A stretch of DNA of 63,939 bases, filler included. It is 8 parts of 8 records of this genome, joined end to end, with 100 filler letters (N's around TTAATTAATTAA, not from the genome) between each part and the next. Parts side by side here need not be neighbours in the genome. Positions count along the whole stretch, not along the records: positions 53,400 to 58,773 come from SRR31147125_48874; positions 58,874 to 63,939 come from SRR31147125_49385; 6 more parts are not named here. One strand, given 5' to 3'. A program made the position numbers and the translations under genes. Below, piece after piece: positions 54,924 through 63,939 of this stretch (position 1 is the stretch's first letter; each line of letters opens with the position of its first letter). Under the pieces are notes generated by a model. The model saw nothing but the letters and a program-made list of their open reading frames with translations. It was not told the DNA's origin and searched no databases.

Positions 54924-56216
54924 ATGAAAAAATTTATTTTAAAAAATCGAAAAATGACCATAGCCGTATTCGCTATATTACTTTTAGCGGCTTGCACTCT
55001 GGCATTTGCACTCCATAGTAACGGTAAAACCGGTTACGTCTTTGAGACAATAAAAGTGGAGAGAGGATCCTTAAGCAATACGGTCACAGCTACCGGAACA
55101 TTGGAAGCCACAAATACGGTCATTGTGGGAACACAGGTGTCCGGTGTTATCGAAAAGCTCTATGTGGATTTTAATTCTAAAGTAAAAAAAGGACAATTAA
55201 TCGCCGAGCTCGACAAATCCACATTACAGTCAAGTCTGGAGAATGCCGAAGCCGATGTGTATAATTCACAGGCCGAATTGGATTATCAAAAATCCAATTT
55301 TGAACGAATGAAAGTGGTTTTCGACAAAGGCCTGTTGTCGGAAAGCGAATACGATTTGGCACAATACAATTATAAAAAGAGCGAAGCAGCGCTCAAATCA
55401 GCTCAAGCCAACCTGAGTCGAGCTGCGCGAAATTTGAGTTATGCCATGATCTATTCGCCCATCGACGGAATCGTACTGAACCGTGCCGTTGAGGAAGGAC
55501 AAACAGTGGCAGCGAGCATGAACACACCCGAGCTGTTTACCATCACGAATGACCTGTCAGAAATGCAGGTCGAAGCGGATGTGGATGAAGCTGATATCGG
55601 TATGGTTATAGAAGGACAACGGGTCGAATTTACCGTGGATGCTTTTCCGGATGAAACCTTTTCAGGCAAGATTACCGAAGTAAGGCTGCAGCCCACTGAA
55701 ACCTCAAATGTGATTACGTATACGGTCATTGTTTCGGCAAAAAATCCTGAATTAAAGTTAAAACCGGGTATGACAGCCAGCATTACAGCTTATGTGGAAG
55801 AAGTGAATGATGTATTGGTCCTGGCAGGAAAAGCAATCCGTTTTACCCCGGACCGTGATATCATGATGGATTATTTCAAGAGTCTGCCAGAAGGTGAAAG
55901 ACCACCACGTCCGGGTGGCCCCAACCGGCAGATGAGTTCTGAACGCCCGGCCGAACAGCAAGGAATGGAAATGCCTGACAATATAAAACGTATATGGGTA
56001 AAAGAAGGTGATATTATAAAACCGGTCAGGATTGAAACAGGTATGACCGATGGTATCAACATCCAGATTGTATCGGGTTTAAGTAAGGGCGACGAGGTTG
56101 TAACATCGATGGAAAAAGGCACTAAAGCAACTGTCAAAGAAAAGAAAAATGAAGAAAAAGAAGAGACACAAAAAAGCCCCTTTGTTCCGGAACGCCCGGG
56201 TCCGCCAAGAAAATAA
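54924..56216 (+). CDS. MacA-like efflux periplasmic adaptor subunit
   Basis: V.ATGT, VGTQVSG.I..LYVDFNS.VKKGQ, SPIDG.V, GQTVAAS, VDEADIG and LKPGMTA. Confidence 0.95.
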   Translation: MKKFILKNRKMTIAVFAILLLAACTLAFALHSNGKTGYVFETIKVERGSLSNTVTATGTLEATNTVIVGTQVSGVIEKLYVDFNSKVKKGQLIAELDKSTLQSSLENAEADVYNSQAELDYQKSNFERMKVVFDKGLLSESEYDLAQYNYKKSEAALKSAQANLSRAARNLSYAMIYSPIDGIVLNRAVEEGQTVAASMNTPELFTITNDLSEMQVEADVDEADIGMVIEGQRVEFTVDAFPDETFSGKITEVRLQPTETSNVITYTVIVSAKNPELKLKPGMTASITAYVEEVNDVLVLAGKAIRFTPDRDIMMDYFKSLPEGERPPRPGGPNRQMSSERPAEQQGMEMPDNIKRIWVKEGDIIKPVRIETGMTDGINIQIVSGLSKGDEVVTSMEKGTKATVKEKKNEEKEETQKSPFVPERPGPPRK

Positions 56217-56257
56217 AACCGTGGAAAAAGTTTCAAAACAGCGTCTTAATACATATT

Positions 56258-57052
56258 ATGGAATCCATAAAAATGAAGAATAATAAAATAATCGAGATAC
56301 AGGATCTGCACAAAAACTATACAATGGCAGAAGAAACCGTCAATGCATTGCGTGCTGTTAATCTCACAATAAACGCAGGTGAATTTGTGGCTATCATGGG
56401 CGCCAGCGGATCCGGGAAATCAACATTACTGAATATACTCGGCTGCCTCGACCAGCCAACTTTAGGCGACTATTGGCTTGACGGTAAAAACGTAAAATCG
56501 CTGAAAAAAAATCAATTGGCTGATATACGTAACACCAAACTGGGTTTTGTATTCCAGTCCTATAATCTTTTACCAAGAACCACGGCGCTGGAAAATGTCG
56601 AATTGCCGTTGCTTTACAACCCGAATATCAGTACCAAAGTTCGCCGTGAAAAAGCTGAACATGCCCTGGAGGCAGTCGGACTGGCAGACCGGATGAAACA
56701 CCTCTCCAATCAAATGTCCGGTGGTCAGCAACAGCGAGTCGCCATTGCCCGTTCCCTGGTGAATGATCCGGTGATTATTCTGGCAGACGAAGCAACAGGT
56801 AACCTGGACAGCAGGACGTCTTATGAGATCATGGCCCTTTTCCAGGAACTAAACGAAAAAGGCATCACCATTGGTTTTGTGACCCACGAGCCGGATATTG
56901 CGGCCTTTACAAAAAGAAATATTCTTTTTCGTGACGGCAGATTGATTAGAGATATTCCGGTAACAAAAAAATCAAGCGCCTGGGAAGCTCTCGAACAATT
57001 AAAAGACAATGATATGGCACTCGATGAATTGATCGACATGGTCAGTGACTAG
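56258..57052 (+). CDS. MacB-family ABC transporter ATP-binding protein
   Basis: Intact [25 protein letters not shown] and VTHE. Confidence 0.95.
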   Translation: MESIKMKNNKIIEIQDLHKNYTMAEETVNALRAVNLTINAGEFVAIMGASGSGKSTLLNILGCLDQPTLGDYWLDGKNVKSLKKNQLADIRNTKLGFVFQSYNLLPRTTALENVELPLLYNPNISTKVRREKAEHALEAVGLADRMKHLSNQMSGGQQQRVAIARSLVNDPVIILADEATGNLDSRTSYEIMALFQELNEKGITIGFVTHEPDIAAFTKRNILFRDGRLIRDIPVTKKSSAWEALEQLKDNDMALDELIDMVSD

Positions 57053-57104
57053 ACAAATTCATTAAAATTTATTTTCAAAATTCACATAAAAAAAGACCCT
57101 AAAA

Positions 57105-58325
57105 ATGAAACTATTCAATCTGATTAAAGTCGCCTTAAAGGCTATAAAAAGAAACAAAATACGCTCCTTCCTGACCATGTTGGGTATTATCATCGGTGTG
57201 GCATCGGTCATTGCCATGCTCGCCATTGGGGAGGGATCAAATGCCAGCATTAAAGAGACAATCTCTTCCATGGGCACAAATCTTATTCATGTAAGGCCAG
57301 CCAGTAGAAACAGAGGCGGTGTTCAGCGCGGCGGTGAAAAATCCCAAACCCTGGAAGTGGCTGATGTTGAATACCTCAGAGAAAACTGCGAAAATATTCA
57401 GGCAATATCTCCGGAAGTTCAATCCTCCGGTCAGGTCATTTATAGTTCAAAAAACTGGCCAACCCAGATATACGGTGGCAACGAGGATTATACCTTTATA
57501 AAAAAGCTGGATGTGGAAAACGGACGACTATTCTCAACCCAGGAAATAAAAAGCGCGGCCAAAGTATGTTTAATCGGCCAGACGGTTGTTGAAAATGTGT
57601 TTGGCGACGATGTGGATCCCATTGGACAAACCATCCGTTTTGAAAAGATACCATTTAAGGTCATTGGAATACTGGCAGAAAAAGGACAAAATACCTTCGG
57701 GCAGGATCAGGATGATGTGATCCTGGCGCCATACACAACGGTCATGAAACGAGTCATACGACAAACATATCTTCGTGGTATTGTTTTGTCAGCGGTTTCA
57801 GAAGAGCAAATCGACGCGGCAACCACAGAAATTGAAGAGGCAATGCGTCTTTCCCACAAGCTAAAAGACAGTGAAGAAAACGATTTTGAAATAAGGACTC
57901 AGCAGGAATTGATAAGCACATTCAGCTCCATTTCAGAAATGATGCTTGTGCTGCTTGGTTCCATATCCGCTATATCTTTAATTGTGGGTGGTATTGGCAT
58001 TATGAATATCATGTATGTATCTGTGACCGAACGGACCCGTGAAATCGGCCTGCGTCTGGCAGTTGGTGGTAAGGGAAAAGATATTTTATTACAGTTCCTG
58101 CTTGAAGCTGTTTTATTGAGCGTAATCGGAGGCATTATAGGTGTGGCACTGGGTATCTTTGCCTCAAGCACGGTTGAAAACATCATGGACTGGCCCATAC
58201 TGATTACCACCCATTCGATATTTTTATCGTTTCTTTTTTGCTCATTTGTCGGTGTATTTTTTGGCTGGTATCCGGCACGAAAAGCATCGGCATTGGATCC
58301 AATAGATGCATTGCGACATGAATAA
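57105..58325 (+). CDS. MacB/FtsX-family ABC transporter permease
   Basis: RSFLTMLGIIIGVASVI, VGGIGIMNIM.VSVTERTREIG and YPARKAS.LDPIDALR.E. Confidence 0.95.
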   Translation: MKLFNLIKVALKAIKRNKIRSFLTMLGIIIGVASVIAMLAIGEGSNASIKETISSMGTNLIHVRPASRNRGGVQRGGEKSQTLEVADVEYLRENCENIQAISPEVQSSGQVIYSSKNWPTQIYGGNEDYTFIKKLDVENGRLFSTQEIKSAAKVCLIGQTVVENVFGDDVDPIGQTIRFEKIPFKVIGILAEKGQNTFGQDQDDVILAPYTTVMKRVIRQTYLRGIVLSAVSEEQIDAATTEIEEAMRLSHKLKDSEENDFEIRTQQELISTFSSISEMMLVLLGSISAISLIVGGIGIMNIMYVSVTERTREIGLRLAVGGKGKDILLQFLLEAVLLSVIGGIIGVALGIFASSTVENIMDWPILITTHSIFLSFLFCSFVGVFFGWYPARKASALDPIDALRHE

Positions 58326-58376
58326 TAACAAAATCAAAATTCTTACACCAAATAAACTAACAAAAGGAGTACAAAA

Positions 58377-58733
58377 ATGAAAATCAGACCTAAACATCTC
58401 ATATTTTTATGGGTAATGCTGGGTGTTGTTGCTACCAGTCTAAATCCGGTTATTGCCCAGGATCGGCCGGCACGACCAGATAAACAGAGGACACAGGAAG
58501 AGTCTGATGTTTTAACAGACGAGCAAATTGAAAATGTCAAATCCATCTTATCCGAGTATGATAGTGAGGCTTTGACAGCCGATGATGCTAAAGCGATTCA
58601 TAAGGCATTTAAAGAAGCAGAATTACCACGAGGTAAAGGATTACACGATGCTATAATTAACGCGGGTTTTGATCCGGAAAAGTTAAGAGAGTTGGATCCG
58701 CCGCCGGATCGGTCGAAACGCCGTAAACGTTAA
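58377..58733 (+). CDS. Small exported hypothetical protein
   Basis: AAGGAG RBS, signal peptide ending VIA-Q, and a helical LTDEQ...V..IL body. Confidence 0.75.
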   Translation: MKIRPKHLIFLWVMLGVVATSLNPVIAQDRPARPDKQRTQEESDVLTDEQIENVKSILSEYDSEALTADDAKAIHKAFKEAELPRGKGLHDAIINAGFDPEKLRELDPPPDRSKRRKR

Positions 58734-58743
58734 GAAAAAGGGG

Positions 58744-58773
58744 GTCATTCCCGAATGTTTTTATCGGGAATCC
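58744..58773. repeat. REP-like palindrome at the contig end
   Basis: GTCATTCCCGA-atgttttta-TCGGGAATCC, similar to the widespread ATTCCC..GGGAAT palindromic repeats. Confidence 0.6.
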
Positions 58774-58873
58774 NNNNNNNNNNNNNNNNNNNNNNNNNNN
58801 NNNNNNNNNNNNNNNNNTTAATTAATTAANNNNNNNNNNNNNNNNNNNNNNNNNNNNNNNNNNNNNNNNNNNN
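58774..58873. other. Artificial contig linker
   Basis: N44-TTAATTAATTAA-N44. Confidence 0.99.
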
Positions 58874-58883
58874 AAAAAAACTG

Positions 58884-60035
<1,152 letters not shown>

Positions 60036-60060
60036 CTATAGTCAAAACAAAGGCGGCATG

Positions 60061-60265
60061 GCCACTAGGCTCCAAAGGCACAAAGTGAACCCTAAATTCA
60101 CTCTTAACGCAGAGACGCAGTGCCACAGAGAAAACCCTAAAAGGCTCTCTCAGGTTTTCAGACCTCTTAAGAACAGATTTTGATTTTCTTTCTCTGCGCC
60201 TCAGCGACTCTCCGATAGAATGCCATTGCCTATGTTTTTCTTGGTATTCTTCGTGTCATGGTGGC
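60061..60265. repeat. Nested imperfect inverted repeats (REP/MITE-like) between leuB and dsbC
   Basis: Inner arms 60106-60132 and 60190-60216 are complementary at 20/27 positions (CGCAGAG-type units). The outer arms GCCAC..AAG (60061-60085) and CTT..GTGGC (60240-60265) are more degenerate. Confidence 0.55.
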
Positions 60266-60440
60266 AACCGTTTCTTTCAGCTATAGAGCCGAAAAAATAA
60301 GCTAATTCAAGGGTTTTAGCGGCTAAGACTATAAGGAAATGGGTCGAGCGTTGTCAAACCATTTTTCACCTTCTGAATCGTCACCACATTCCGGTTCAAC
60401 TGTGATATTGTTCCGAAAAACACAAACACAGGAGTTATTC

Positions 60441-61187
60441 ATGCGCCTAAATTTTATCTGCCTCGCCGTTCTGGTCTTATTCCCCTGCAACCTTTTGGCT
60501 ACAGAGACCAGCGAAACGTTAAGCTTGGAAAAAGCGAAAAATCTCCTGAGCGGGATTGAAGGAACGGTCGTTTCTGTACACGCAACTGAACTCCCAAACT
60601 TCACTCGGGTCGGCATGGAGATGAATGGTCAGAAGGTTCCCCTCTATCTGGACAACGGCGGGAACTACCTCTTCAGTGGCAACATCATTGACCTGAAAGC
60701 TCGGAAGAACCTGACGGAAAAGCATTTCCAGCTGTTAAACCCGATCGATACATCGCAGATCAATCTTGATGACACGCTGCTCCTGGGCCGTGCAGAGGCA
60801 TCCCAGAAAACATTTGTTTTCACTGATCCGGACTGCCCATTCTGCAGCAAGTTGCACAACGTCCTGATTGAAGCAGTCAAAGCCGACGATGACCTGGCGT
60901 TCTTTATCATCGTCACGCCGCTCAAGAAGAGCTCCTATCAGACAGCGAAAACGATTGTCTGCAATCAATCGATGGAACAGCTTGAAGACGCTTTTGGCGG
61001 TGCCAACCTGACACTGAATGATTGCGAGTCGGACGTGCTTGATAAAAATATTGCCCTGGCACAAAAGGTCGGAGTCCGTGGAACACCGACCATGATCCTG
61101 CCAAATGGAGTTCTCGAGCCGGGGTATCGTCCTTTAGAGGACCTGCTGACCCTCCTTGAACAGAATCAGGCACCGCTTCCTCAATAA
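60441..61187 (+). CDS. dsbC: DsbC family thiol:disulfide interchange protein
   Basis: AGGAG RBS, signal peptide, dimerisation domain (Y.D..G.YLF.G.IIDL..R.NLT), FTDPDCPFC and GV.GTPT. Confidence 0.88.
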   Translation: MRLNFICLAVLVLFPCNLLATETSETLSLEKAKNLLSGIEGTVVSVHATELPNFTRVGMEMNGQKVPLYLDNGGNYLFSGNIIDLKARKNLTEKHFQLLNPIDTSQINLDDTLLLGRAEASQKTFVFTDPDCPFCSKLHNVLIEAVKADDDLAFFIIVTPLKKSSYQTAKTIVCNQSMEQLEDAFGGANLTLNDCESDVLDKNIALAQKVGVRGTPTMILPNGVLEPGYRPLEDLLTLLEQNQAPLPQ

Positions 61188-61197
61188 CCGGACACAC

Positions 61198-61229
61198 AAA
61201 AGCCGGAGGGTCACTCCGGCTTTTGTTTT
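61198..61229. terminator. Bidirectional intrinsic terminator between convergent dsbC and leuD
   Basis: AAAAGCCGGAG-ggtca-CTCCGGCTTTT-GTTTT. Confidence 0.85.
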
Positions 61230-61246
61230 ATCTTCACAAAACCTTC

Positions 61247-61777
61247 TTAATAGCGCGCGTCGGCAAATTCGACCCAGCCTCCCGCCTTAACCAGCGCCTT
61301 GTCAAAAGGGCTGATCTCAAACGCGAAGTCTCTGGTGTCGGTTCCTGCGGCTGCCGTGAGTGTCTGAGCATCCAGATCAACAGAAACCTGAACGTCTCCC
61401 TGCTCCTGCAAAGCAATCAGCTGGTCAATATCGCCCTTCGGCAGTTCAATCGCCAGCATGCCGCAATTGAACATGTTCTGACGGAAGATACGAGCGTAGC
61501 TCTCCGCAATGATCGTGTGAACATCATTCACTTCAAACACCCATGGCGCGTGTTCACGCGATGATCCGCAACCGAAGTTTTCACGCGAGACAACAACCGT
61601 TGCATTTTTCAGCTTGTCACCTTTGGGATCGAACCCATCCAGCTTGAGATCTTCCAGGATATAGGGAGTCAAAGCTTCTTTCGTGACTTCAGTCAGATAC
61701 TTTGCCGGAATAATCTCATCTGTATTGATATCGGAACGGTCGAGGAAGATCGCCGATCCACCAAATTGTTTCTTCAT
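61247..61777 (-). CDS. leuD: 3-isopropylmalate dehydratase small subunit
   Basis: DINTDEIIPAKYL, NFGCGSSREHAPW and SYARIF..N..N.G. Confidence 0.96.
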   Translation of the reverse strand: MKKQFGGSAIFLDRSDINTDEIIPAKYLTEVTKEALTPYILEDLKLDGFDPKGDKLKNATVVVSRENFGCGSSREHAPWVFEVNDVHTIIAESYARIFRQNMFNCGMLAIELPKGDIDQLIALQEQGDVQVSVDLDAQTLTAAAGTDTRDFAFEISPFDKALVKAGGWVEFADARY

Positions 61778-61799
61778 CTTCGTTTCTCCTTTGACCTGA

Positions 61800-63080
61800 T
61801 TAGAGACTGCGTGCGTCTGTGATCACACCGGTGAGCGCACTCGCCGCCGCCGTTGCCGGACTCATCAGATGAACCATCCCGCCTTTTCCCATGCGACCAT
61901 TAAAGTTACGATTGGTCGTCGAGGCACAGACTTCTCCTTCTGCCAGCACGCCGTTACTCATTCCAAGACAGGCACCGCACGTCGGGTTGGTGACACAGAA
62001 ACCGGAATCCATAAAAACCTGAATGATCCCCTCAGCCAGAGCATCCTGGAAAACCTTCGGAGTCGCTGGAGAAACCACACCGCGGACAGAGTCAGCGATA
62101 ACCTTCCCCTTCAGAACCGATGCTGCTTCGCGCAAATCTTCGATTCGACCGTTGGTACAACTGCCGATATAGATCTGATCAACTTTTGTCCCAGCCAAAT
62201 CGGAAACCGATTTAACACAATCCGGCTTGTAATCAAACGTCACCTGAGGGTCTAGACCGCTCACATCAATATCGATGACCTTGTCATAGTCAGCATCCTC
62301 GTCAGACACCCATTTCTGATAGTCAGCCAGTGCAGCCTCCTTATCGGAAAATTCGCCTTTGATGAAGGGCCAGAGGTAATCGACCGTGACCATATCCGGC
62401 ATACAGACCCCGGATGTCCCCCCCGCCTCAATCGCCATATTGCAGAGGGTCATGCGGGCTTCCATGCTCATTTGCTCGACGATCGGACCGCGGAATTCAA
62501 TCACCCGGTCTGTCGCGCCGTTAACCCCGAGTTGTCCGATCACATAGAGGATCACGTCTTTGGCGTACACACCGTCAGGGAGTGTCCCGTTCAGATTCAC
62601 ACGAATCGTCGCCGGTTCACGGAATGAACAGACCCCTTTGAGAATACCAACCTCCAGATCGGTCGTACCGACACCCGCAGCAAAGGCACCAAAGGCGCCG
62701 TGAGTACAAGTATGGCTATCCCCCATGATGACGGTATATCCGGGACGGATATAGCCCTTCTCCGGGAAAATAGCGTGACAGACACCGTTCCGCCCGACAT
62801 CGAAAAAATCGGGGATATCGTGGCGACGAGCCCATTCCCGTATAATTTTTGCCTGAGTCGCCGTCTTTGAGTCCTTGGCAGGGGTGACATGATCGATGAC
62901 AACCTTGATTTTTTCCTTGTCAAAGACACGATCCTTACCGCGCCACTCGAGATCGGCAATCGCAACGGGCGTTGTGATCTCATGACAGAGGACACGATCG
63001 ATGTTCAGAACCTTTGCCCCCTCAAACGGCTCATCCTTGAGATGAGCATCAAATATTTTTTCTGCTAACGTCTTTCCCAT
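61800..63080 (-). CDS. leuC: 3-isopropylmalate dehydratase large subunit
   Basis: DH, GVCH, GDSHTCTHGAFG, IGSCTNGR, CGACLG and STTNRNF.GRMG; AGGAG RBS before the ATG at 63080. Confidence 0.96.
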   Translation of the reverse strand: MGKTLAEKIFDAHLKDEPFEGAKVLNIDRVLCHEITTPVAIADLEWRGKDRVFDKEKIKVVIDHVTPAKDSKTATQAKIIREWARRHDIPDFFDVGRNGVCHAIFPEKGYIRPGYTVIMGDSHTCTHGAFGAFAAGVGTTDLEVGILKGVCSFREPATIRVNLNGTLPDGVYAKDVILYVIGQLGVNGATDRVIEFRGPIVEQMSMEARMTLCNMAIEAGGTSGVCMPDMVTVDYLWPFIKGEFSDKEAALADYQKWVSDEDADYDKVIDIDVSGLDPQVTFDYKPDCVKSVSDLAGTKVDQIYIGSCTNGRIEDLREAASVLKGKVIADSVRGVVSPATPKVFQDALAEGIIQVFMDSGFCVTNPTCGACLGMSNGVLAEGEVCASTTNRNFNGRMGKGGMVHLMSPATAAASALTGVITDARSL

Positions 63081-63113
63081 GACGTTCTCCTGTTTCATCA
63101 AAATAATGGAATT

Positions 63114-63939
63114 CTAAACATCACCACGGGTACGCTGGGCGATGCTGATAATTTTATTCAGCGCATTGACATAGGCCTTAGCGCTGGCAACGATAATATC
63201 GGGGTGGGCCCCCTGGCCGAGGACTTCACGCCCTTCCTCTGTTTTCAAACGTACCGAGCACTCCCCTTGTGCATCTGTCCCGCCGGTGATAGCACCAACC
63301 GAGAAGTTGAGCAACGGGAAATTCGTATTGGTCAGTTCTTTAATCGCCTTGAAGCTGGCATCAACAGGGCCGTCTCCCATCACGGCAGCCTTCTTGATTT
63401 CACCCTCTACATCCATCTGGACCGTCGCTGTTGGAGCAGCGAAAGATCCGGAACTGACATTCATCTGCATCAACTTATAGGTTTCAGAGACCCGCATAAC
63501 CTCATCGGCGACAATCGCATCAAGATCCTCGTCGAAAATTTCCTTCTTCATGTCAGCCAGAGCCTTGAAGCGGACAAAAGCCTTCTCGATCTCTTCCTTA
63601 TTCAGGTCGTAACCAAGCTCCTTGAGTCTATCAATAAACGCATGACGCCCGGAATGCTTCCCGAGAACAAGCTTGTTCGCGTTCAGTCCGACAGATTCGG
63701 GAGTCATAATTTCGTAGGTTTCCTTTTTCATCAGAACACCATGCTGATGAATACCCGCTTCGTGAGCAAACGCATTCGCTCCGACGATCGCCTTGTTTTG
63801 CTGTACTTGGATCCCGGTAATGGTCGTCAAAAGTTTACTCGATGGCATAATCTGCTCTGTCACGACGTCCGTTGTATACGGCAGGATGTCCTGACGCGTA
63901 CGCAAGCCCATGACCACCTCTTCGAGAGAACAGTTGCCG
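63114..63939 (-). CDS. leuA: 2-isopropylmalate synthase (5'-partial)
   Basis: GNCSLEE, NKAIVGANAFAHEAGIHQ.GV, LGKHSGR and regulatory domain G.GPVDA, DII.ASA.AY..ALN. Confidence 0.96.
   Translation of the reverse strand, partial: GNCSLEEVVMGLRTRQDILPYTTDVVTEQIMPSSKLLTTITGIQVQQNKAIVGANAFAHEAGIHQHGVLMKKETYEIMTPESVGLNANKLVLGKHSGRHAFIDRLKELGYDLNKEEIEKAFVRFKALADMKKEIFDEDLDAIVADEVMRVSETYKLMQMNVSSGSFAAPTATVQMDVEGEIKKAAVMGDGPVDASFKAIKELTNTNFPLLNFSVGAITGGTDAQGECSVRLKTEEGREVLGQGAHPDIIVASAKAYVNALNKIISIAQRTRGDV

Overview
This window is not one genome locus. It is eight unrelated metagenomic contigs joined by artificial 100-bp linkers (44 N + TTAATTAATTAA + 44 N). (1) 1-5249, low-GC Firmicutes-like: ptb-iorA-iorB, an IclR regulator and a RimK-type ATP-grasp ligase. 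(2) 5350-10530: a REC-PAS-PAS-GAF-HisKA_2 kinase behind a sigma54-type promoter, plus a three-gene cassette (amidase, TM/coiled-coil protein, 'SLGAPFWF' membrane protein) that resembles a lysis or cell-wall-remodelling module. (3) 10631-17755, Desulfobacterales-like: mlaE, an ABC ATPase that has lost its catalytic motifs, mlaD, two exported proteins, metK-ahcY and a cytidylate-kinase-like gene. (4) 17856-34538, Desulfobacteraceae-like: M16 peptidase, PilZ, asparaginase domain, recX, acyl-ACP thioesterase, YqfO/NIF3, a large AsmA-like protein, prc, rbgA, csp and a dCache sensor; several carry long low-complexity insertions. (5) 34639-44453, Bacteroidota: hemL, TPR-comA, a GH20b-like lipoprotein, a divergent OMP/LVIVD pair with twin ECF-type promoters and an M1 peptidase. 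(6) 44554-53299, deltaproteobacterial-like: histidine kinase, HD-Zn-ribbon protein, MFS transporter, OmpR-family two-component system, a collapsed PepSY/MFP/RND chimera and an ICMT-family methyltransferase. (7) 53400-58773: a TolC-MacA-MacB efflux operon. (8) 58874-63939, Desulfuromonadales-like: leuA-leuC-leuD and leuB, separated by an opposite-strand dsbC and nested repeats. Twelve frameshifts in nine genes map to homopolymer or doubled-base positions and look like sequencing errors. No rRNA, tRNA, CRISPR array or transposase was seen. All protein and taxon calls come from motif recognition by eye, not database searches.
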